The notes below the pieces were generated by a model. That model made no database searches, had not been told where the DNA came from, and saw only the letters and a program-made list of their open reading frames with translations. DNA of 64,000 nt from an uncultured bacterium (GTDB lineage: Bacteria; Verrucomicrobiota; Verrucomicrobiia; Limisphaerales; UBA8199): assembly GCA_963749495.1 (NCBI GenBank), contig CAVVMW010000023.1, positions 384,001-448,000 on the forward strand, written 5' to 3'. A program made the position numbers and the translations under genes. Below, in pieces: positions 29,941-40,557 of this stretch (within the stretch, counting starts at the first letter, position 1; each line of letters starts with the position of its first letter).

Positions 29941-31326
29941 TCAGGTCCCGCCCCGGGGCCAGAAGCGGAGCCAGAAGCGCTGGGGGGATTGGATGAGGAT
30001 CTCGCGCAGGAGTTCCTCCAGGCCGGCGGCTTCCGGTTCGTCCAGGCGCCGGGCCAGGCCCAGGGTGACCAGGAAGACCAGCGACGTGGCGGCGAAAAAG
30101 ACGGTGTAGCGGTTCCACCACAGCCCGAGCCACATCGAAGAGTGCGCGCCGACGGCGTCGATGAGCAGACCCCAGCCGATGGGCGCCAGGCCGAGTGTCA
30201 CGTTGCCGACGACCGAGTAAAGCGCGAAGAAGTGGTTGCGTCCCATGACCGGGATGATCGCCATCGCCAGGCGCGTATTGGACATCTGCACGAGCGCGGC
30301 CAGCAGGCCCATGAGCAATTGCAGGAGCAGCACCAGGGTGAGCCGGGCCGGCAACGCCCCGCCCGAGAGGCTCATCCAGCCTGCCAGCACCGCCACCCAG
30401 GCCGAGTAACAGAAGGCCAGCACCGGCTTGCTCCCCAACCGGTCCAGGTGCGAGCCCACCATCCACAAGCTGCCCAGCCCGCCCAGGAACGCGACCGAGG
30501 TGACCAGCAGGATCTTGCACTCGGACATGCCCGTCTGGGTCTTGAGGAAGGCCACCGTGAAGGCGGTCATCCCGCCATAGGCCGTCGAGTAGCCCACCAG
30601 GGCGATCAGGAGCTTGCGAAACGGCGGGTGCGCCGACATCGCCAGCCACGGCACGGGGGCCTTCGCAGTGCGGGTTTCCTCGGGTATCTCGACATCGGGG
30701 ATGCGTTTGAGGAAGCTCAGGCTCACCGCGCCCATGGTGGCGCTGAAGGCGAAGAGGATGGCGAATTGCCAGGGGCGGGTCTGGCGCCCGGCCAGACAGG
30801 CGGCGGCAATGAGGAAGGTGACGAAACTGGCCAGGTTTTGAACGGCCGCGTCGCGCGCGAGGTACTTGCCGCGCAGGCCGCCCGGGACCAGGGCGGTAAT
30901 CCACGGCAGCCAGGCGCAACTGGAGATGCCGCGGGAGAGATTGAAGCAGAACAACAGCATGAGCATGAGCGCCAGCAGCGTCTTGGCCTCCAGAAAGGTC
31001 CCCGCCAGCGGCACCAGGGCCATGCCGAAGATGAACAGGACCCGCGTGCCCCATCCCGCATAAACAAAGCGCCTGAAACCCAGCCGCGGGATATGGTTGG
31101 CGGCCGGGATCTGGAAGATCACCAGAAGCGGCATCATGCCGGCGATGATCCCGAGCACCGTGGCGCTGGCCCCCAGGCTCTTGGCGTAGAGCACCATCGG
31201 GCTGTTCAGCACCACCTGGTAGGAAAAGGCGTTGAACGTGGAAAAGAGGTACGCATTGTGCAGGCCGGGCGGAAAACAGGCCGTTTCCACCGGCGCGCGC
31301 AACGTGTCCGTTCGGTTCTCAGGCAT
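29941..31326 (-). CDS. MFS transporter
   Basis: About 12 hydrophobic segments; DRLGSKP loop motif. Confidence 0.85.
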   Translation of the reverse strand: MPENRTDTLRAPVETACFPPGLHNAYLFSTFNAFSYQVVLNSPMVLYAKSLGASATVLGIIAGMMPLLVIFQIPAANHIPRLGFRRFVYAGWGTRVLFIFGMALVPLAGTFLEAKTLLALMLMLLFCFNLSRGISSCAWLPWITALVPGGLRGKYLARDAAVQNLASFVTFLIAAACLAGRQTRPWQFAILFAFSATMGAVSLSFLKRIPDVEIPEETRTAKAPVPWLAMSAHPPFRKLLIALVGYSTAYGGMTAFTVAFLKTQTGMSECKILLVTSVAFLGGLGSLWMVGSHLDRLGSKPVLAFCYSAWVAVLAGWMSLSGGALPARLTLVLLLQLLMGLLAALVQMSNTRLAMAIIPVMGRNHFFALYSVVGNVTLGLAPIGWGLLIDAVGAHSSMWLGLWWNRYTVFFAATSLVFLVTLGLARRLDEPEAAGLEELLREILIQSPQRFWLRFWPRGGT

Positions 31327-31582
31327 AGGCCAACCAGGGCCCGCAACGGCCCCGCACCGTGCGGCCCGCTCTCATCATACCCACGCTCAGCCCGCGTCTC
31401 AATCAAATCCGAAATCCGAAATCTGCAGAATCATGGTCGGCAGAATCATAAGAATAACTTTTCTGAAAATGATTCTGCCAGAAATGATTTTGCTTTTTTG
31501 GGATGACGCATTTCCCCTGCCTCCTCCGAAAATCCTTGCAGCCCGCCACGAGGGTGGTATTCCCATATCAGCACCGAAACCG

Positions 31583-32947
31583 ATGAACGCTATGAAAGCC
31601 GACTTGCTCAGACCGCGATGCGGACCGGCCGGCCCGCAGATTCATTTCGAACCCTCCACTGCCCCGCTTCTGCCCGGGGCAGGTCTTTTGGGGCGCCGGG
31701 CGTTCCTGGGGCTGGCGCTCCGGGGCTCGGCGGGGGCGTTCCTAACGTGGACACCGAGCTTGTGCGCCGGCTCGGCCATGCTGGATTGGGATCCCCGGCG
31801 GCCATTTCGCGCCCTGGGCAGGCCGCTGAGGGTGCAACCGATCTTCATTTGGCTCGAGGCCCCGCGCGCTCATCTTCGTCCGGCAAAAGAGTGGGCCGGT
31901 CTATTATTGGTACGAGGCGCTCAGCACGCAGTACCTGCGCAAGGACAAGGAGGGCGCCGGAGCGGCATCCGCCGGCCCCGGCGACGCGGAGCGGCTTAAC
32001 GTGGACGTGGACGACGTGGTCGTGGATGACTGCGGGGAGTTGCTATGGCGGCTGCGGGCGCTCTTCGCCCTGAAGAATTTCCTGGGCACGCGCATCGTCG
32101 CCCTGGGCGGGCCCTGGGGCAAATACGCGGCGGATGCCCCGCAGAAGGCCAGGGAACGCTTTCAACTGGAGATCGTCGACGTCAGTTACGAGACCTTCGA
32201 GCCGCGCCTGCGCCGGCCCGGGCGGACCACGCCCTGGTGTCCGCCGCCGAGAAAGCGACGGCGCACTACCTCGCCCTGCCCAGGACGAGGCTGGTGGCGG
32301 AGCGGCAGGCCGTGGTCAATGCCTTCGTCCTCTACCAGGCCATCAGGGACCTCATGGCCGAGCACGACGCCACCGCCTTCACGGTGAAGAGTTGCATGAA
32401 CACGATCATCCCGATGTCCGAGACGACCGCCTGCCTGCCGCTGGAGTTGCTCAATGACGAGGGCCTGATCGCCCTCTGCGAATCGGATTTTGTGATCATC
32501 CCGGCCGCGCTGCTCTTGCGCCACATCGCCGGCAAGCCGATCTTCCTGCACAACTCGACCTTCCCGCACGGGGGCATGGTGACCTGCGCCCATTGCACCT
32601 GCCCGCGGCGGATGGATGCCCGGCACTACGCCCCGGTGGAGATCCTCACCCATTTTGAGTCCGACTACGGCGCCGCGCCGAAGGTGATCATGCCCATCGG
32701 GCAGCAGGTCACGTTCATCGATCCGGAGTACAGCGCCCCGCGCTGGGCGGGCTTCAGAGGAGTCGTCAAAGCCAACCCCTTTTACCAGATCTGCCGTTCG
32801 CAGCAGGACGTTGAGATCCGGGGCGACTGGCGCAAGCTCCGCAACGAGGCGCGCGATTCCCATTGGGTGATGGCCTATGGGGATTACCTGCGCGAAATCG
32901 GGTTTGCGTCGCGCAAACTGGGCCTCCAGTGGGCCGACTTCTCGTGA
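31583..32947 (+). pseudogene. Tat-exported L-fucose-isomerase-like sugar isomerase, internally deleted near 31850 with a frameshift near 32218
   Basis: GRRAFLG Tat signal; TTACLPL.LLNDEG...CESD, AHCT, THFESDYGAAPKV, CRSQ, HW...YGDY. Confidence 0.7.
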
Positions 32948-32979
32948 GGCGGCATTGGCACACTCACGCGGTTCTTGGA

Positions 32980-33050
32980 CCTTTGTCGGGGCCTTTGTCG
33001 CGGCCTTTGTCGAATGCGCCATTTCTCGACAAAGGTTGCGACAAAGGTCG
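32980..33050. repeat. Second CGACAAAGG 12-bp inverted array
   Basis: Same units as 29799-29896. Confidence 0.8.
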
Positions 33051-33072
33051 TGCCAAAGTTACGTGGTTCGAT

Positions 33073-33492
33073 TCAGATCTCCCCCATGACAGTAATCGCC
33101 ACCGTGCGCCGGCGCGGCTTGATGTCGCAATCAATGTGAAAGACCTGCTGCCAGGTGCCCAGCACCAGCTTGCCCTCCGCGATGGGCACGGTCAGGGAGG
33201 GGCCCAACAGGGTGGCCTGCAGGTGCGAGTGGCCGTTGCCGTCATGCCAGGCCTGCTCGTGGCCGTAGTCGCGGCTCGGCGGCATCAGCTTGTCCAGCAT
33301 CGCCGGCAAGTCCTGTTGCAGGCCGGGCTCGAACTCGATGGTGCCCAAGGCCCCCGTGCTGCCGACGTTGAAGATATGGACCACCCCGGCGCGCACGCGC
33401 GAGGCGCCCACGATTTGGGCGATTTCACCCGTGAGGTCGCGCATCTGCCCATGGCCCGCCGTCTGCACCTGAATTTCTCGCTGGTAGATCAT
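33073..33492 (-). CDS. yjbQ: YjbQ (UPF0047) secondary thiamine-phosphate synthase family
   Basis: EFEPGL..D, DGNGHSHL, LGTWQQ. Confidence 0.9.
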   Translation of the reverse strand: MIYQREIQVQTAGHGQMRDLTGEIAQIVGASRVRAGVVHIFNVGSTGALGTIEFEPGLQQDLPAMLDKLMPPSRDYGHEQAWHDGNGHSHLQATLLGPSLTVPIAEGKLVLGTWQQVFHIDCDIKPRRRTVAITVMGEI

Positions 33493-33655
33493 GGCGTTCA
33501 TTAGCCAGAAAGGCGACGGGAGCGCAACCTCGATCTGGCTCAGTAGCCCGATGGGCTTGTGATCATTCAGCCTTCGTTTCCTTTGTTTGCTTCTGTGCAT
33601 TTTCTCGGGTTATCTTGGAGTTGCCGCCGGCGGGGGAACGGCACATTATCCCGGC

Positions 33656-34864
33656 ATGGCCTTTCGAATCCATGACAGCGTGGCGCGCGGTGAGATCGAT
33701 AATCGCGTCAAAGGAATCGTGCGCGGCAAGGTCTGGCTGGAGGGCCGCGCCGAGCCGCTCGCGCTCGAACTCCAGGGCAACGCCTGGCCCGACCTGGCGG
33801 GCTGCCTGCTGACGTTCACCAACCCGGGGAAACGCGTGGCGGACCCTGCGCTGGATTCACTCCAGGCCATCCAGCGCGGCAGCATCGGCGACCTGACCGC
33901 CTCGCGGAAGGTCCGCGTGTTCGACATGCCGTTGGAGGAGGCGCTGCCGATGCTGCGCCGCAAGGAGAATCCCCCGGAGCACGTCGCCAACTGCCTCTAC
34001 CTCGAATGGTTCAGCGAGGCCAACGGGCGGGTCGTCATCGAGAGCCGGATTATCGAGCTGACGATTTCCGCTCCGGAGTGGCGGATGACGCCGGCGGAAG
34101 ACCAGGAGCGGGCCAGACAAGCCGCCGCCGGGATGGGGACTTTCATGAAGCGGCTCACCGAGGCCATCGAACAGCACCAGCGCGGGCAGAAAGACCCCGA
34201 CGAAAAATGGGACGAGCACGATTACGAGAAGTTCTTCAAGGAGTGCGACGCGCGCACGGACAAGTACATGGAGCTGCTGGACAAATACGGCGACTCCGAG
34301 GAAGCCCAGGCCCGGATCGCCAAGGAGATGGGCTGGGACCGCGATGACGACGAGGACGAGCGCCACGAGGACGGCGAACGGATATCGGTCGAGGAGATCA
34401 ACGCGATCTGCGAGGCCGCCGCCAACGAACCGCCCCCCGAGCCGGACCCGCACCGCGAGGGCATCGACTGGATTCGCACCGAGAACGGGGACCTCTGCCA
34501 CCCGCTGCAGCATCGCTGCTTCGAAAGCGCGATCAAATTCATGCGCCAGGTCGAGGCGCTGGGCCTGGACCGATTCGCTGACAACGACCTGGAACAGTTC
34601 ATCTTCGAATTTCAAACCACGGGCGCGAAGCTGGCCGGGGCCTTGAACACACTCGTCGAAGGCGCGAACCACCGGGACGCCGCGTTCACCGTCGCGGCCC
34701 TGAAACGCGCCCTGGATCATCTGCACAAATCCCATGCCGGACTGGAGGCAGCGGCCCCGAAGAAGCTCCTGCCGGAGGCGCTGATCGCGGAGGCGCGGCA
34801 GGAGCTGTTCGCCATCCGCCAGGAGATCCTCCGCCTGATGGACGAGTTTCGCGGGCGCGCGTGA
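33656..34864 (+). CDS. Conserved hypothetical protein with an acidic helical C-terminus
   Basis: Long ORF with coding-like codon usage; RGEIDNR and YLEWFS..NGRVVIE. Confidence 0.75.
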   Translation: MAFRIHDSVARGEIDNRVKGIVRGKVWLEGRAEPLALELQGNAWPDLAGCLLTFTNPGKRVADPALDSLQAIQRGSIGDLTASRKVRVFDMPLEEALPMLRRKENPPEHVANCLYLEWFSEANGRVVIESRIIELTISAPEWRMTPAEDQERARQAAAGMGTFMKRLTEAIEQHQRGQKDPDEKWDEHDYEKFFKECDARTDKYMELLDKYGDSEEAQARIAKEMGWDRDDDEDERHEDGERISVEEINAICEAAANEPPPEPDPHREGIDWIRTENGDLCHPLQHRCFESAIKFMRQVEALGLDRFADNDLEQFIFEFQTTGAKLAGALNTLVEGANHRDAAFTVAALKRALDHLHKSHAGLEAAAPKKLLPEALIAEARQELFAIRQEILRLMDEFRGRA

Positions 34865-34985
34865 GCCGCGTCAGACAGAATTCTTCGTGGTCCTCAAGAT
34901 TGTGAAGATTTTTGTCCTGCGCCCGCGCGTGAGCCGGCGAGCGGGCTGCGTTTGACAACCATCCGGGTTGCGTTATGGTTTTCAC

Positions 34986-35243
34986 ATGGCGAGCATCACA
35001 TTGAAAGATTTGCCGGCCGACCTCCACGGCCAGCTTAAACTGGAGGCCGCGGCCAACTTCAGGAGTCTGGCGCAGGAAGTGGCCGCCCGGCTCCAGCGGA
35101 GTTTCGAGATCGACGCGGCGCTCAAGACGCGCAACGACCAACGGCTCATCGACGAGGCGATGGCGAGCGGGCCGGAAGAGCCTCTCACGCGGGGGAAGAT
35201 GGACCAAATCAGAAATCGGGTGCTGCCTCGGGAAGGGCCGTGA
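34986..35243 (+). CDS. Arc/RHH antitoxin
   Basis: MASITLKDLP.DLH..LK..A..N.RSL; coupled to the toxin gene. Confidence 0.8.
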   Translation: MASITLKDLPADLHGQLKLEAAANFRSLAQEVAARLQRSFEIDAALKTRNDQRLIDEAMASGPEEPLTRGKMDQIRNRVLPREGP

Positions 35244-35554
35244 TGCGCGCTCTCGTCCAACGCCCGCGATTTCTGCTGGACCTGGCGGAAGAATTGAACT
35301 GGCTCAATGAGCGGGCGGGGCCGGAGACTGCGCAGCGCTGGTATGAGGCCGTTTGCTCGGCTATCGAGCAACTCCGAAAAAGTCCCGGCATGGGCCGCCG
35401 CCGCCCTGATCTAAAGCCCAAAGGCATCCGCAGTTGGCGGGTGAAGGGGTTCGCCCGCTGGCTGCTGTTCTATCTGGAGCAGCCGGACGCGCTGGTGTTC
35501 CTCAGGGTGCGCCAGGGCACGATGAATCTGACGGTGCTGGACATGACCGGTTAG
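35240..35554 (+). CDS. ParE/RelE toxin
   Basis: DL.E...WL, L...PGMG, RSWRV.GF..WLLFY, LRV. Confidence 0.85.
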   Translation: MMRALVQRPRFLLDLAEELNWLNERAGPETAQRWYEAVCSAIEQLRKSPGMGRRRPDLKPKGIRSWRVKGFARWLLFYLEQPDALVFLRVRQGTMNLTVLDMTG

Positions 35555-35581
35555 GTTCGATTTTGGAGGCGCTGGACATAG

Positions 35582-37339
35582 GTGAGAGACTCCACTTACG
35601 ACAAATTCCCGTTCATCTCTGTGCCGGGCGGGGAAAGGGCCTGCGCGCAAGGGTGGGGAGCCATCGCGCAGAGGTTGAACGGCGCGGTTGGCCGGCGCGC
35701 CGCCGGCAAGACAGTGCTGGCAGTCGAGTGTTACGCGGGCGTTGACGAAGAGATGGTCCTGCGCGAGTTGCAGGCCCGGCTTGAGCCGGCGCTGGCCTTC
35801 CGGGCCCGAGAAGCCATGCTCCCGCCGGAGCAGATAGACGCCCTGGCGGCGCCCTTTCTTGGGGGCGACGACCCGGTGTTTGGCTTTCTCTGCGGGCTCA
35901 CGCTGCCGCAATTCTTCGGCGAGGAAGCGCTGCGGCATTGGCGGCAGACCGTGAGCCGGGTGGAAGCCGGGCTGGTCCTCATCGTCGGCTGCGGGGCCGT
36001 GCTGGTTCATGAGCCGGACATCCTGGTGTGTGCGGACCTGGCGCGATGGGAGGCGCAACTTCGCTTTCGCCGCAACCAGGGCGGCAATCTCGGCGTCGAA
36101 AACCGCGCGCTCGCGGCCAATCTGCAATACAAGCGGGGGTTTTTCGTGGATTGGCGCGTGTGCGATCGCTGGAAGCGCCCCCTCATCCCGAGGTGGGACT
36201 TCGTCCTGGACACCAACAATCCCGCCCAACCAAAGCTGGCCGAGGGCGAGGCGGTGCGGCGCGGCCTGCGCCACGCGGTGACGCGGCCGTTTCGCGTGGT
36301 CCCGTTTTTCGACCCCGCCCCCTGGGGCGGCCAGTGGATGAAAGAGGTCTGCGGCCTGGACCGGGCCGCCAAGAACTACGGCTGGTGCTTCGATTGCGTG
36401 CCGGAGGAAAACAGCCTGCTCCTCGGGTTCGGAGGCGCGCGCCTGGAAATCCCCGCGCTCGACCTCGTTTTCGGCCAACCGCGCGCGTTGCTTGGCGAGG
36501 CTGTGCGCGCCCGGTTCGGCGACGAGTTCCCGATCCGCTTTGATTTCCTGGACACCATGGGCGGCGGCAATCTCTCCTTGCAGGTCCACCCGCTCACCGA
36601 ATACATCCAGCGCCACTTCGGCGCGCGCTACACGCAGGACGAGAGCTATTACCTGCTGGACGCCGCGCCGGGCGCCGGGGTCTTTCTGGGCCTGCGCGAG
36701 GGCGCCGACCGGGCGGCCATGGTGCGGGACCTCTGGGCGGCCCAGGCGGGCGGTGCGCCCTTCCCGGCTGAGCATTACGTGAACCGCTGGCCCGCCAGCA
36801 AGCACGACCACTTTCTCATCCCGGCCGGCACGGTGCACTGCAGCGGGGCCGGCTCGATGGTGCTCGAGATCAGCGCCACCCCTTGCATCTTCACCTTCAA
36901 AATGTGGGATTGGGGACGAATGGGGCTCGACGGCCAACCGCGTCCCGTCCATCTCAGCCATGGCATTGCCAACATCCAGTGGGAGCGCAGGACCGAGTGG
37001 ACGCGGCGCAATCTCATCAACCGCTTCGAGCCTCTGGGCCGCGGCGGCGGCTGGCGCCAGGAGCGCACCGGCCTGCACGAGCGCGAGTTCATCGAGACGC
37101 GGCGCCATTGGTTCACAAAGGCCGTGCCGCACCACACGCGCGGCGGCCTCAATGTGCTCAACCTGGTCGAGGGCGGCGAGGCGATTGTCGAGAGCCCCGA
37201 CGGCGCCTTCGAGCCGTTCATCGTGCATTACGCCGAGACGTTCATCGTGCCCGCGGCGGTCGGGCCCTACACCATCCGCCCCCATGGCCCCGCCGTTGGG
37301 CGCGGGTGCGCCACGATCAAGGCGTTTGTGAGGGCCTGA
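35582..37339 (+). CDS. Class I mannose-6-phosphate isomerase-like protein, long form
   Basis: PAPWGGQW, FPIRFDFLD, LSLQVHP, QDESYY, IPAGTVH, LEIS. Confidence 0.85.
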   Translation: MRDSTYDKFPFISVPGGERACAQGWGAIAQRLNGAVGRRAAGKTVLAVECYAGVDEEMVLRELQARLEPALAFRAREAMLPPEQIDALAAPFLGGDDPVFGFLCGLTLPQFFGEEALRHWRQTVSRVEAGLVLIVGCGAVLVHEPDILVCADLARWEAQLRFRRNQGGNLGVENRALAANLQYKRGFFVDWRVCDRWKRPLIPRWDFVLDTNNPAQPKLAEGEAVRRGLRHAVTRPFRVVPFFDPAPWGGQWMKEVCGLDRAAKNYGWCFDCVPEENSLLLGFGGARLEIPALDLVFGQPRALLGEAVRARFGDEFPIRFDFLDTMGGGNLSLQVHPLTEYIQRHFGARYTQDESYYLLDAAPGAGVFLGLREGADRAAMVRDLWAAQAGGAPFPAEHYVNRWPASKHDHFLIPAGTVHCSGAGSMVLEISATPCIFTFKMWDWGRMGLDGQPRPVHLSHGIANIQWERRTEWTRRNLINRFEPLGRGGGWRQERTGLHEREFIETRRHWFTKAVPHHTRGGLNVLNLVEGGEAIVESPDGAFEPFIVHYAETFIVPAAVGPYTIRPHGPAVGRGCATIKAFVRA

Positions 37340-37368
37340 ATCCAAACACACAGCACAGGGACACGCCA

Positions 37369-37440
37369 GTAGGAGCGCGGACGCCCCCGTCCGCGCGTTT
37401 CTCCTCGGTGGGACGCGCGGACGAGGGCGTCCGCGCTCCT
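37369..37440. repeat. Inverted pair of family A REPs
   Basis: gtaggagcgcggacgccc...gggcgtccgcgctcct. Confidence 0.8.
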
Positions 37441-37554
37441 GCCGGCGTCAGTATCGGCCCTGCGCCGCGCCGGCATCAATTCGCCCATCTAATTCCACGC
37501 TTGCACGCTGCTAATTTGACTTTTTCTCCCATTATGGTAATCTCATGATGCTGT

Positions 37555-37890
37555 ATGAGCGCGAGAAAAGCTGAAAGCACCGGTTCGTTGCCTGGGCACC
37601 ACCACGTCACGGTCGAAGCGCATGAGACCCGCTTGTCTCTCTCGCCCGACTCGGTCATCTTCCACAAGAACGGCATTGAGTTTCGCAGCGCCAGCCCTTT
37701 TTCGCCCTGGGCGGAAATGACGTTGACGCTGCAATCTCCCGGTGACGGGGGCCGCATCCACTGTTCGGGTGTGGTCATTGCCTGCACCGGCAACAAGCAC
37801 TCGGGTTACCACGTCTCGATGGTGCTGACCGGTCTCTCCCGCCAGGCCCAGGAACGCCTCAACACCATGGCGGTCCTCCAGGGCCCGTAG
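37555..37890 (+). CDS. Small PilZ-like beta-barrel protein
   Basis: GIEF...F...EM.L.L, C.GVV..C, Y.V...TGL; no RxxxR motif. Confidence 0.6.
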   Translation: MSARKAESTGSLPGHHHVTVEAHETRLSLSPDSVIFHKNGIEFRSASPFSPWAEMTLTLQSPGDGGRIHCSGVVIACTGNKHSGYHVSMVLTGLSRQAQERLNTMAVLQGP

Positions 37891-38029
37891 CCCAGGCCCT
37901 CGGGTTGGGAGCCTGGCCGGTTCGCGCCGGGCGTGCCGGAACTGCTCCTGGCCGGGGATCACTGCGTCCATGAACTGCTTCCGGATTAGACTGTGGCGTT
38001 CGCGGCAGGCATCGGAAAGGGCGCGATTG

Positions 38030-39225
38030 ATGAGCGCCGAGCGCACATACGGCCTTGGAACTCGATCGGCAGGGCAGGCAGTCCTCGGCCCGCCGCCGCG
38101 TGCGGAGGACTGCCCGCCCGGCCTTCGCACCCAGGCGAAAGCCGGCTTGTGCCGGGCAGTGCTGGCCGCCTTGCTCCTGCATCCCATTTCGAGCCCCGGC
38201 GATCAAAGCGCGCTCGCCAGGCTCTATTGCCTGTCGCTCCAATTCCAGCACGCCTCGGACTCAACAACTGAGTATTCGCTCGATCTGCAGAACAGCGAGT
38301 TGTGGCCCTATGACCCGAGCAGTTACGCCGCCACGATCACCTTGAGCGACGACTGGCTCGGCGGCAGCTTTCCCGGATACATGAAGCTGCCCATTCCGCC
38401 GCCCGAGGATGCCGATGGCGATGGCTTTGACGACTTTTTCGAATCCACGCAGCCCGTGAACGCGGTGGCGACCTCGGCTCCTACAGTCTCGGCGGCCTCG
38501 GCTCGGGCGCCCTGAGCGCCACGTGGTCGCGTCCAGCCGGCTCCTCCTGGGGCACCTGCGTTTTGAAGTTCAACCTCGCCCAATTCTCCACGTCGCTGGA
38601 TTTCGTTGCTTCCTACCGGCTGCTGGAGTATCTAGGCCCCCTCAACTACGTCCCCGGGAGTCAGAGCGTAACGGGGCTGGTGGACGTAGCCCAAACCGAC
38701 TCGCCTGATATCTCGTTCGTGGGGCCGGTGGATTTTGTCAAAACGGCCACGAACCGCTTCAATGCGTTGATCCTTCAGCCCGGCGCCTGGACCAACACCT
38801 ACCAGGAAACCTGGACCTACACCAACTCCTTGTTCAGCCGCGACGCGAGGTGGCCGACGAATTACTTCGGCTGCGTTATCTTCTACGATGCCTCCAATCC
38901 AGGCGTCCCGCCCCCGTATAATGCGTGGGTGCTTTCGATCGACAACACCAACGATGTCAACCACAACGGCATTCCGGATTTCAGCGACGACCCGGCGAGC
39001 CCGCTGCCGCGCCAGCCCAGCCTGGTGCTGGCGCGCGGCGCAACGAATTTTTGGCTTACAGTGAGCGGCGATGTGGGGCACGTCCACCTGGTCCAGCAGA
39101 CACTCTCGCTGGCCCCCGCCAATTGGGCGACCGTCTGGGCGCAGTCTCTCACCAACGATCCGCAAACCGTCTGGCTCCCCATGCCCTCCGGCCCGAGCGC
39201 CTTCTGGCGCGTCGTGGCCCAGTAA
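38030..39225 (+). CDS. Secreted protein with DxDGDG-type motifs and an FWRV C-terminal tail (1-bp frameshift near 38477; start uncertain)
   Basis: DADGDGFDD and DVNHNGIPD; adding one G joins ORFs 37970-38515 and 38563-39225. Confidence 0.7.
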
Positions 39226-39230
39226 GCCTG

Positions 39231-39428
39231 CGCCCCTCCCACTTCCTGGGGGCCTTGGCCGCCGTTGACCAGGAAGAGGACGGCCATGCGGACGGCCAGG
39301 CCGTTGGTGACCTGCTGCAGGATGAGCGAGCGGTTGCAGTCGGCGATGTCGCTGTCGATTTCGACGCCGCGGTTGACGGGGCCGGGGTGCATGATGAGGG
39401 CGTCGGGTTTGGTGCGAGCCAGCCGGGC
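39231..39428 (-). repeat. 198-bp duplicate of the pyrB 3' end
   Basis: Identical to 41411-41608; the adjacent TAG stop reads CAG in this copy. Confidence 0.95.
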
Positions 39429-39525
39429 TGAACGTCTCAACACCACGGCCGTCCTGCACCGAGCGTAGCCCGGCACTCCGTCCCGGCAACAGGATGCAAG
39501 GCGGTCAGCCCCTGAAGAGTGGCGG

Positions 39526-39903
39526 TTAGCCCAACTTCCAAACCAAGACGGAAGCGTCGCGGAGCTTATGTCTGATGGGCCTGGATTTTGGGCCTTGAAT
39601 CAGGGAATGTGCTGGATTCGAGGGCATGCCGCCTTGTGCGGGCAGCGGATCGTGGATCACTGTTTGTTCCAGGGCTCGGCAGAACCCGGCTTCAAGGGAT
39701 ACGACTGCCACCGTGTTTCCCGAGCGATCCTGTGCCGCTGTTTCGGCTGGGCTGGCGTACTTTTCCCAGTTTACCGACATTTGGTGATGCGAAAACGCCT
39801 GGGAGGAGACATCGCCGGAATCCGGGTGCAAAAAGAGGCGATGGACACGCCGAAACAGAAGCGCAGGATTTGGAATCAGCTCCGGCGCTAACTGATTGGC
39901 CAT
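39526..39903 (-). CDS. Hypothetical protein, ADP-ribosyltransferase/RES-like pattern
   Basis: LFRRV, AF...MSVNW, V.HDP...NPAHS.I.G. Confidence 0.65.
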   Translation of the reverse strand: MANQLAPELIPNPALLFRRVHRLFLHPDSGDVSSQAFSHHQMSVNWEKYASPAETAAQDRSGNTVAVVSLEAGFCRALEQTVIHDPLPAQGGMPSNPAHSLIQGPKSRPIRHKLRDASVLVWKLG

Positions 39904-40550
39904 AGCAATTCCAGTCCGGCAAGCCAGCGAAATGCAGCAACGAGTTTGTCAATATCAAGCCGTCCTGTGTCGGCCTGGTGATAGACGCGCTCGCCATGAG
40001 GTGTTGTTTCGCTGCCTACAATTGACCAACCGTCCCCTGTGGCCTCGAACTCAAGGGCGCGTCTCTGTGCGTGCCACTCCAGTTGCGTGAAACCAGTAAT
40101 GGTTGGCACCACGAACGGCTCTTCAAACTCAGGCAGCGCAGCTTGAAGAACCAGGATTGTTCCTATGGTACTGGCCAGCGCGTCAGGCCTCGGCGGGATC
40201 GCGTTTTCGCCGTCCCATCCCGGCTCCAACGCCGCCAATTCCATGAGCCGGTGGCGCAAACGCCGCGAAATCCGAACCGGCCCAGAGATGCCCAGGGAGG
40301 GTAGCGCGTTCGTGAAGCCCACAGATGGGCGGAGAAGGCCCTCGCCGGGCCTGAGCGACTGCCAACGGGACCTCGCACCAGGCTCAGGCTCAGAGGGAGC
40401 GATTTGGGACCGTGGCCTCAGACGTGAGAGCTCCGAATAGACCATGGTTTCGCCTGAGTACGTTGGCCGCGAGCTGGGCCGAAAACTCGACAAATCGAAG
40501 GGGTCTTCTGCCAAACCATGCTGGGCAGCTATGGGTATTGCAGCGATCAT
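39888..40550 (-). CDS. Hypothetical protein with a disordered N-terminus and L..L..GWDG..A..P domain
   Basis: ELAALEPGWDGENAIPP, P...G..QLEW; overlaps the downstream gene by 16 nt. Confidence 0.7.
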   Translation of the reverse strand: MIAAIPIAAQHGLAEDPFDLSSFRPSSRPTYSGETMVYSELSRLRPRSQIAPSEPEPGARSRWQSLRPGEGLLRPSVGFTNALPSLGISGPVRISRRLRHRLMELAALEPGWDGENAIPPRPDALASTIGTILVLQAALPEFEEPFVVPTITGFTQLEWHAQRRALEFEATGDGWSIVGSETTPHGERVYHQADTGRLDIDKLVAAFRWLAGLELLWPIS

Positions 40551-40557
40551 AAGCTCA

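Noticed and set aside
38883..39476. Second pyrB gene
   Set aside because: Only 66 C-terminal codons match; the rest is antisense read-through.
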